Positions 18,475 to 26,600 of a stretch of 64,000 nucleotides of DNA are shown here, in pieces (position 1 is the stretch's first letter; every line of letters begins with the position of its first letter). This DNA is from a virus: positions 51,085 through 115,084 of the IMG/VR virus record IMGVR_UViG_3300025617_000009. The stretch is one strand, 5' to 3'. Position numbers and translations under genes: made by a program. The notes below the pieces were generated by a model. The model had not been told where the DNA came from. It worked only from the letters and a program-made list of their open reading frames with translations, and made no database searches.

Positions 18475-19341
18475 TTAAAATCCTCTATATTCATTGTTCC
18501 ATCTTATTTTTTTAACAAATGCATTAAAATCAGAATAACAGTCGATGTAACACTGTTCTACTGTATCTATCCAAATATCTACTTTTGGACTTAGAATCTG
18601 GTTGCAAGATAACGCTGGTAAAACACAAGATTCTGCAAACTCTTTGTGCTGTAAAATAGTTGGATGGTGTTCTGTTCTAAACTTTGTAGTTCCTATAATA
18701 TTTTTAATTAAAAATCTATAACAAGGGTATTTGCTATTCCAGGCTGTTGATCCAACTGGTGCAATCCAATGTTTTTTATTTTCTGTAAAAAGTTTGTCTT
18801 TATATACGGTTAACTCTGGTATTTTATCCCAAATACTCTGTTCTTCTACATCTATCTTATCAACAGTTATGTCATTTCCTGGAACATCTGTGTTTAACTT
18901 TTCAATATCTCCCATACTGGTCATTAACCAAGTACATCCTATATTTTTTAGTAGTTGTTGAGCAGTATTAATGCAGTTCAACGTATGCATTACATAACTT
19001 TTTTCATCCCAAAACTGATTAATCCATTTATTATCGTATATTCGTTGATTAATATTATTAAAGATACTTCCGCTAGTTTTCCAACCTTCTACAACTCCAT
19101 GCCTTGCATCGGTTGTATGCCAGTCGTGTCGAATATGGCTGGTCCATTGTATTATTACAGTATCATCTTTATTTAGATTATGCACTAGAGAAAGTTCTGA
19201 TAATCTTTCCAATATTGCTCTATTACCTAAACCAGGCCACGCCCAGTTCTCATAAAAATCATATTGTTCTCCTAGCATGTCTGCCCAAGTTGGCCAGGCA
19301 TAGCTAGAAAAACTACAACCTATAGTAAATAATCTTGACAT
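18475..19341 (-). CDS. SGNH/GDSL-like hydrolase or acyltransferase fold protein
   Basis: N-terminal GCSF (GDS-like block I), PGLGN, VIIQWT and a C-terminal HHP (block V-like). Confidence 0.5.
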   Translation of the reverse strand: MSRLFTIGCSFSSYAWPTWADMLGEQYDFYENWAWPGLGNRAILERLSELSLVHNLNKDDTVIIQWTSHIRHDWHTTDARHGVVEGWKTSGSIFNNINQRIYDNKWINQFWDEKSYVMHTLNCINTAQQLLKNIGCTWLMTSMGDIEKLNTDVPGNDITVDKIDVEEQSIWDKIPELTVYKDKLFTENKKHWIAPVGSTAWNSKYPCYRFLIKNIIGTTKFRTEHHPTILQHKEFAESCVLPALSCNQILSPKVDIWIDTVEQCYIDCYSDFNAFVKKIRWNNEYRGF

Positions 19342-20285
19342 TATTCCTCATGTTGAATTTTTCCTAAAATAACGTCTATTACATATTCTCTGATATCTTT
19401 GTCCATAGCCATTAATCTTTCATTATGTCTATCAATTGATTCGTCCATGCAAATTCTAATAGGTGAATACTTTCTATCTTGTTGTCCTAAGTCTAAAACA
19501 TCAAAATACTCGCAGTTGGGGTAAGAAACATTTATAGGATACGTTGCACCTGTAATGATAACTGTTGGAGTTTCTACAGTATAGGATAAATGTTGTCCAA
19601 CACTATCACATCCTATAAATTTATCTGCATATTTAATAACAGAAGCCCATTGTCTTAAGTTAAGTCCTTCTGGCATTGCAACTTCATCTTTTAGTTTTTC
19701 GCCTTTAAGATCCATATGTATTTCACTCATTATGATAATTCCATAGTTATCTTTTTGTAGTGCTTTAATAATTTCTTTTAAATCATTAAATTCTATACTT
19801 CTACCAGTTTTATCAATTAACGTAGAATCTAGTAATTCTATTCCTCTGCCAAATGGTTGTATAACTACAATTTTATCTTTTTTTGTTTTTTCTTTTACTT
19901 CAGTAACTATTTTTTTACCAATGAGCAGTTCGTCTTTACTAAGATATAATTTTGGTTTAGGTAAATCTCTAATTCCTTTATTATTAATAACAAGATCAAA
20001 TGCTTGTGACAAGTTACAGTTTTGATTATAATAATCGTATTGTTGATAAGGTTCTGGCCAAATACAATCTCTATTTTTTAACATATTGTTAAAAAGATTT
20101 TTGGTCCAATTATCATAAGCTTTATCATCTAATGTAGGATGACCTTTAAACATATCGGTGCCGCCTTCAGCAACAATAATAAAATCTTCGTCACCACTTT
20201 CTTCTGCATATTTTTCTAGTGCCGGAATTGAACAAAGCATGCGGCCGGCGCCGCCGTTTAAGAAAAAAGCTTTAGATCTTGACAT
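19341..20285 (-). CDS. Glycosyltransferase, GT9/heptosyltransferase-like GT-B fold
   Basis: GGAGRMLCSIPAL resembles the GT9 GxGDxxxxxPxL motif. The C-terminal LRQWASVIKYADKFIGCDSVGQHL resembles GT9 LxxxAAxIxxADxxIGxDSGxxH. Confidence 0.65.
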   Translation of the reverse strand: MSRSKAFFLNGGAGRMLCSIPALEKYAEESGDEDFIIVAEGGTDMFKGHPTLDDKAYDNWTKNLFNNMLKNRDCIWPEPYQQYDYYNQNCNLSQAFDLVINNKGIRDLPKPKLYLSKDELLIGKKIVTEVKEKTKKDKIVVIQPFGRGIELLDSTLIDKTGRSIEFNDLKEIIKALQKDNYGIIIMSEIHMDLKGEKLKDEVAMPEGLNLRQWASVIKYADKFIGCDSVGQHLSYTVETPTVIITGATYPINVSYPNCEYFDVLDLGQQDRKYSPIRICMDESIDRHNERLMAMDKDIREYVIDVILGKIQHEE

Positions 20286-20297
20286 AATTTCTCCATT

Positions 20298-20347
20298 AAA
20301 AAACCGATCGGTAAAGTATATATGTGTATACTTTAACTCGACCGGTT
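20298..20347 (-). terminator. Long imperfect hairpin plus U-tract (terminator/attenuator-like) immediately before the GT SD
   Basis: Minus strand: AACCGGUCG/CGAUCGGUU and UAAAGUAUA/UAUACUUUA stems, followed by UUUU and then GGAG. Confidence 0.55.
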
Positions 20348-20361
20348 AATAATGGTTTAGA

Positions 20362-21027
20362 TTAAAAGAATGTAGGATAATCTACATCTGTTGGAAGTTT
20401 CCAATGAGGTATATCTGCATATTTTGTAGGAATATTTTCAAGGTATTCTTTGTACGCAGTTATTTCTGCTATTTGTTCATCAGTAAACCCGTGAGTTTCT
20501 GCATTGTCCAACTTGTTCTGCATGTCTGAAATCATGCTTAAACGACCGTCATTAAAATCATCAGCGGTTACGGCATGTGTTCTGTATTCAGGCCCTTCCC
20601 ATTGTTGTAAATTAAAATTGTAGGTATACCCTCCATTTAGCCCAGCAGTTTCATGATCGATTACACCAGTAGTTTCATCATAAGTATGTTCCCATGTAAA
20701 AGTTTCACCGTCTGCGTCAGTTAGTGTTTCAGTCCAGTCATTTGGATCGGCATGCGTATACGACAGCGTTAACGAAGAGGCAAGTGCAGGATTCTCGTCT
20801 GCATCCACGATAACATATTCCCATTGATTATGAGCCAAACTAGATGCATCTAAGGCTGGATCGTTTTCATCGTCGCTGCCTCGAATACTTGATCCAGTGC
20901 CTAATGCTGGATCTAATTCTACTAGTAAATATCTTGGACCCGTATATGTAATATCAATGGTTCTTGTACCAGTTGACGAGTTTACATATGGCTCATCAGG
21001 TCTATTCCATGTAAAAGTTTTATTCAC
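20362..21027 (-). CDS. Putative tail-fibre assembly/chaperone-like protein
   Basis: C-terminal EITAYKEYLENIPTKYADIPHWKLP resembles the YRxxLRDxP...WP end of tail fibre assembly proteins. Follows the Cys-rich genes. Confidence 0.45.
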   Translation of the reverse strand: MNKTFTWNRPDEPYVNSSTGTRTIDITYTGPRYLLVELDPALGTGSSIRGSDDENDPALDASSLAHNQWEYVIVDADENPALASSLTLSYTHADPNDWTETLTDADGETFTWEHTYDETTGVIDHETAGLNGGYTYNFNLQQWEGPEYRTHAVTADDFNDGRLSMISDMQNKLDNAETHGFTDEQIAEITAYKEYLENIPTKYADIPHWKLPTDVDYPTFF

Positions 21028-21036
21028 TTCTATCTC

Positions 21037-22008
21037 CTATGATTCAATAAATTTAATTCTAACTGCTCCGGCACCGCCGTATGTTGCGTGATCTCGAACA
21101 TTACAGCATGCTGCTGGACCTGGAGCACCAGTTCCAAACGGTAGCCAATGTCCGCAACCAAATGTGTTATAACAACCATAATACCTGCCATTCCAGCAAG
21201 CATGATTTCTAGGTGGTGCATCAGGTGATCGATGTGCTGCTTGAAGAGCTTGGATAAAGTCTGTAGCTCCACTACCTGATCTTGGATGCATTGGTGAATC
21301 CCAGTCTGGTGTATAACTAATTATTGCACCTTCTTCTGAATCATACATTCCTGGAGCCATTGGTACGTGATAAACCATTCTACATAGCTCCCAACCACCG
21401 TTTGAACAGCAGTAGAATGTTACACATCCAATGTTACTTGGCTTGTTAACATCGCCGCCATAAGCAAGTCCGCACCATCTTCCGTTACCAATGTTACAAA
21501 CAATACCGCATTCTGGCTGATTATCAAAACCGCAATTAGTGTGGCAAAAGTTATTACATCTAAAACATCTACTTGCAGCAGTATTTGGATTACATGTAGT
21601 ACAACCGCCTAAGCCGCCTTCTGCACATATACATCCATCTGCTGTTGAAGAAGTCCAGCACAACATAGTAGGTGCTGAACACCCTCTAAAACAAAGAGCA
21701 TCTGCGTCATTACATGCTTTGCCCATACATCCACAAATATAGTTATTGGCTGCAACTGTAATGGTTTTTTTACTGTACGATCCGCTGTTGCCAGGTATAC
21801 CTCCTCCGCAACAGCACATTTTAGCACTCGATCCGCCTGGGCCGATAGTTTCTATAATCGCTGTTCCTGGAGCTTTTGCACACCAACAAAATGTCCTACA
21901 TGCATCATATGTAACACTGTGTCCGTAGAAAAAGATTTCTCCGTCTTCGAGGTTATTCTCAATCGGATCTGACGATCTTTGTGCTAATAATCCTGATAAT
22001 TTTGCCAT
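21037..22008 (-). CDS. Cys/Gly-rich protein, paralogue A (fibre-tip/adhesin-like glycine-rich domain)
   Basis: About 32 Cys in 323 aa. Motifs GPGGS...CCC...GNSGSY, CAEGG, AYGGD, and C-terminal GGAGAVRIKFIES. Confidence 0.7.
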   Translation of the reverse strand: MAKLSGLLAQRSSDPIENNLEDGEIFFYGHSVTYDACRTFCWCAKAPGTAIIETIGPGGSSAKMCCCGGGIPGNSGSYSKKTITVAANNYICGCMGKACNDADALCFRGCSAPTMLCWTSSTADGCICAEGGLGGCTTCNPNTAASRCFRCNNFCHTNCGFDNQPECGIVCNIGNGRWCGLAYGGDVNKPSNIGCVTFYCCSNGGWELCRMVYHVPMAPGMYDSEEGAIISYTPDWDSPMHPRSGSGATDFIQALQAAHRSPDAPPRNHACWNGRYYGCYNTFGCGHWLPFGTGAPGPAACCNVRDHATYGGAGAVRIKFIES

Positions 22009-22017
22009 ACTTAGATC

Positions 22018-22992
22018 CTAATTCTCTATAAACTTAATTCTTGTCATTCCAACGCCGCCGGCTGTTCCTACATCTCGCATACCACTACACATTGTAGGAG
22101 CTGGTGCGCCGAATCCATAAGGAATAAAGCTATAACATCCATTAGCTTCATAACAACCGCAACTTGTAAATCCGTTCCAACATCTTTTTAGGTCCCAACC
22201 ACCACTAGGCTGTCTACTTACACCTCGAACAGCTGCTTGGAATTGAATAGACCCTTGCCCACTTTGTCCACCGTATGCAGAGTTTTGATCATCGTGCGTA
22301 AATGTTAAAACAACACCTTTATTAGAAAACATTCCTGCAGGTCCTGCAACATGTTGATGGAAACAGCAGTTGCAATTTGGATAACACCCAAGGAAACTCA
22401 TACAACTTATTTTACCGTCACAGTTTGTGTCTCCACCATATGCATTTGCAACCCAATAGCCGTCGTAGTGATTACAAACAAGACCGCAGTTATCATTTGA
22501 TAGTCTTGTAGTACAATAGCCTTCGCATAAAAATCTACAATACGGGCTTATTGTACATGAACAATACGACATGCCTGCAATACCGCCTTCTGCACACATA
22601 CATCCGTTTTCGCTTGCACCTACATAACAACATATGCTAGTAGGTTCTGAACATCCTCTACAACATATTTCGCTAGAGTTTATACAAGCTCGTCCGCTTA
22701 CACCAGTTATATAACTACTGCCATCAACGTCAAATGTTTTCTTCGAATAAGCACCGCTGTTACCAGGAAGTCCTGCAGCACAACAACATTGTCTTGAACT
22801 TGAGCCGCCCGCGCCCCAAATTTCTAATACTGCCGTACCTAACCGACCTTGTGACTGCCAGCACCAATCTACAGCAAAGTTGTTATTTTGGTTTCCTGAC
22901 ACAAAAGAATATATTTCACCTTGTTCAAGGTTTAGTTCGCCGACAGAATACGTATCTGCTTTTTGTGCTAATAAATCTGACAATGTTGCCAT
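22018..22992 (-). CDS. Cys/Gly-rich protein, paralogue B
   Basis: About 30 Cys in 324 aa. Motifs EIWGAGGS...CCC...GNSGAY, CMCAEGG, AYGGD; ends RIKFIEN. Confidence 0.7.
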   Translation of the reverse strand: MATLSDLLAQKADTYSVGELNLEQGEIYSFVSGNQNNNFAVDWCWQSQGRLGTAVLEIWGAGGSSSRQCCCAAGLPGNSGAYSKKTFDVDGSSYITGVSGRACINSSEICCRGCSEPTSICCYVGASENGCMCAEGGIAGMSYCSCTISPYCRFLCEGYCTTRLSNDNCGLVCNHYDGYWVANAYGGDTNCDGKISCMSFLGCYPNCNCCFHQHVAGPAGMFSNKGVVLTFTHDDQNSAYGGQSGQGSIQFQAAVRGVSRQPSGGWDLKRCWNGFTSCGCYEANGCYSFIPYGFGAPAPTMCSGMRDVGTAGGVGMTRIKFIEN

Positions 22993-23010
22993 TATAAAAA
23001 CTCCGTTATG

Positions 23011-23343
23011 TTATACGCTGCCTACAATCCAACCGTATGTTGCACCAGTGTAGATTAGTGTTACAATAGAACCTGCAACATCAATTGTTAAGTCTTCAGC
23101 TGCGCCTTGGATCAACGAACCATTTCTTCCAACAGTAACAGCATTGCCTGATGCACTACCAGTTACGTCAATAATTTCAATAGTATCGTTTAATAACAAC
23201 GTTGAGTTAGCTGGCAATGTAATAGTAATTGCTCCTCCTGAAACATCTGCTAAAATTCTTTCATTAACAGCTGCATCATGATTTGCGCTAACTTCTTTTG
23301 TTACTACTCCTGCTGTTCCAGTTGTGGTAATATATCTTCCCAT
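23011..23343 (-). CDS. Small fibre-associated protein resembling T4 gp34 N-terminal repeat domain
   Basis: DVSGGAITITLP...DTIEIID...NAVTVGRNGSLIQG...DL...LIY...GW pattern. Confidence 0.55.
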   Translation of the reverse strand: MGRYITTTGTAGVVTKEVSANHDAAVNERILADVSGGAITITLPANSTLLLNDTIEIIDVTGSASGNAVTVGRNGSLIQGAAEDLTIDVAGSIVTLIYTGATYGWIVGSV

Positions 23344-23362
23344 TTGTGTTTCCTTTGTTTAG

Positions 23363-23370
23363 TATTTATG
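23363..23370 (-). promoter_or_regulatory. Late promoter CATAAATA heading the Cys-rich/GT/carbamoyltransferase run
   Basis: Consensus match, followed by AAGGA SD and ATG 23343. Confidence 0.65.
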
Positions 23371-23686
23371 CTGTCGGTGTTTCTATTCCCATCACTACTG
23401 CACTAACATTTGCGCCGCTTGTCCAGGCAACAACTTGTTTACCTGCATCAACTACAATGCCAGTTCTTTCTAACACACCTTTACCTAAGAGTTCTGTTTC
23501 ATACTCTATAAATTCAGCATTTGTAGGTGTTGCGTTATCGGCGATAGCAATTCTTATAGTCGCAGCCTGATTGCCGCGATTAACCATATTGATACTTAAT
23601 ACGCAATATCTATTTGTAGGCACAGTATAAACCGTTGTATAAGTTGCTGTACTTAAATTTTCTGAGCCTAATATTCCAGTAGCCAT
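23366..23686 (-). CDS. Small (~106 aa) beta-rich virion protein, adaptor family 1
   Basis: YTVP...INMVNR...VLERTGIVVDAGKQVV...SAVVMGIE; similar in pattern to 34086..34415 and 46970..47311. Confidence 0.6.
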   Translation of the reverse strand: MATGILGSENLSTATYTTVYTVPTNRYCVLSINMVNRGNQAATIRIAIADNATPTNAEFIEYETELLGKGVLERTGIVVDAGKQVVAWTSGANVSAVVMGIETPTA

Positions 23687-23697
23687 TTAAATCTCCG

Positions 23698-26600
23698 TTA
23701 ATTCAATAAGAACATCTGCAATGCAATAGGTGCTCCATCAACAGGAGCATTGAATGTCATACTCGTATTTATGTTTAATGGCGAGCCATCTACTGTAGAA
23801 ATCTGTTGTCCTGTAATCTGAACTACACCTGCTGTTAAACTGTTAACATTAAGTGTTGCTGCTCCACCACCGATCTGCGATGTAATATAAGTCTTAATAG
23901 CTTTCTGTGTTGGTACAACACTGTCACTATCTGCAGCAAATGTTCCGTCTGTACTAAATTCTGTAATGATTGCGCCAGTGCCGCCTAATGCTACAGAACC
24001 TAATTGTAGTTCGTTCAATCCTGAAATGTTAAACGCTTCAACGTTAAGTGTAGCAATACCAGTTGCCTGTTCAACGTTGAACAGTCCACCAACACGGAAG
24101 TTACCGTCTTGGTCCGTCGAAGTATAAAATACTCGTCCGCCGCCAAAGTCGTTTGTTTCGTTGTTTGGATCTGGATCGGTCAACGGATCATTTGGATAGT
24201 TAGTGCTAGTGAAGTTGCCTGTACCAATATCTAGGAAATCGTGTCCAGTTAGACGTACTTGCGAGAACCTACGTCTAATAGTAATAGCGTCATCGTGCGG
24301 TAAGTTATCACTGACGCTAATTTCTGGGCTTACTTGTAGAATTGCACTGTAAGGTCCATTGCCTATAAGACTTGTTACAGTTACTAGTTTAAACCAAGTG
24401 TTCGGTATACTAGCAAACTCCACATTTGATCCAGGTAACGGTACATCGCTTAATCCGTCTACACGAACACGAGTACCATTTTGGAAAATATCAGAAAAAC
24501 CGTCGCCGACGACTGTTGCACTTGCTGTGACAAACCCAGAACCTCTATTAGTCCAAGTAGGTTGACCTAATACACCGTCCCCTAATCTGACTTCGTGTGG
24601 CACAGCAGTTAGTTCGTTTGGATCTGTAATTGTGACTGTAGGAGGTGTTACATATCCTTGTCCAGGGTGTGTAATCCGAATTTCTACAACTTGATCGTCA
24701 CTAACTCTAGCTCTGCCTCTTGCAGTATCTGCATACAGTCCGCTCAGAGGAGCACTAAATTCTACTCTTGGAGCAATATCATATGCTGTAGTTGTGTCTA
24801 AAAATGTTTCAATAGTAGTCCCGTCAACAACATGATCCCATCCTGGTGTGCCGTCGCTCATCTTTGAAATAGTAGCTATTTTGTTTCCGCTGTTAAAGTC
24901 TGTAATATAGCCATATTGACCAGCGCCTCTACCCGATGTTAGATAAATTGCCATCCCGTTATATGCATCATCTGGACGTACATCTGTTGCAGAAAGTGTA
25001 ATTTGAGTAGCGTTTCCTGCTTGTGCATTACTTGCAATAGTAACATAACCTTCGCCACCGAAATTATCACTAGGATTAGTTAAACGTACTTCTTTGACGG
25101 CACCGTCAAATACTTGAGCAGCATTAACTATTGCTCCAAATCCTTCGCCTGAGATTGTAAATCTAGTAGCATCGCCTATATTAGAAACACTTGCAGTAAA
25201 TCCTGATCCAGTCCCGCCAATTTCACTTGCATCAAATGTAATAACATCATTGATCGCATGTCCGCTACCGCCTTTGGTAATTTCAAAAATTTCAACTCCG
25301 CCGACTTCGTTTACAACAATAGTAAACTCTTGTCCTGTGCCTGAACCACCTGATGTACCAGAAACATTTTTATATGTGCCTGTAGTTCTAGTATTATCTT
25401 GTACTGCACTTGGCGGATTCATAGCAATAATAGCGTCAGTTGCTGTAGTATATCCTTCTCCAGCGTGTAAATATTCTAGCTGTAAAATTTCATCAGTTCC
25501 GTCTGTGAATGCCAAACTAATTTGTGCTTCTAATTGACGGTTGTCAACCACGCCTAGTACAGGAGTTTCTGTTTCGTCAATGCCTTCAGCAACTGAACCA
25601 AAATCACCGTAAGAGTTGTTACCGTTTGTTGCACGAATCTTACCACCGTTCTCTGCTAAGTAACCAATGTGATTATAGTAACAGAACACAGATACAAGTT
25701 CAGCTCGTCCTAAGTTAGTTACCCAGTAACCGATACCGTCTGATAGTATTTGTGTAAAGTCGTTTGCTACAATTGAATCATTACCGCCGTTGTGCAAGTT
25801 ACCATCTACTTTACAGCCTACACATGCATCACCAAATGTTGTTACATTCTGTACGTAAGGCGATTTATTTTTAATCCATACTGCTGCATGCTCTGGGCCC
25901 CAGCCTGGATCAAGAGAAGTATAAGCGCCGCCTAGCGGTCGGCTAGTTCCGTATTGATTAGGACTGCTTAGTGTAGCGGTTGCATTGAATAATGTACAGT
26001 TACGCAATCCTGTACCATTTCTCAAATAGAATAAATCTTTATCTCGTGATCCCACGACGCTATTCGCATACACCTTTGCTTTTGTAATGCTATTATAGTT
26101 ACCTGTGTAGATTAAATCGTGTTTAATTCCATCGATGTACTCTTTAACATCTCTTTTACAAGCATCGATGCTATAGTCGATTCCTGGATTTTGATCATGC
26201 ACATAAGCTACTGCTTCAGCGGCTAAAAAGTCTTTGTTTGCTTCTAGTGTTTCTACAGCGTATGTATAATCTGTAGAAGTTACAGGATTGTTTACTCCTC
26301 TCAATTGCGGTTCTGTTGAATCACCTGATACACCGTTTACTGCCCAATCGATATAATCGTAAATTTCTTGCATTAAATCTGATGCTTCAGTACCTGCGTT
26401 TGATCCGCCAGCAGGTCTAGTTGTTACTTGAGTTTCTGTATTTGGTTCGTCACCTGTAGTTGTTGCTGTTACTGGAGTGTTTGTTACTACATCAGAAATA
26501 ACATCTCTTAATCTTCCAATAGCTTGTAAACTGTAAGGAGTGTCAGCAGAGTCTACTAGCGATCCTGCTAATCCAATTCTAGTAGAACGTAGTTCGTCTC

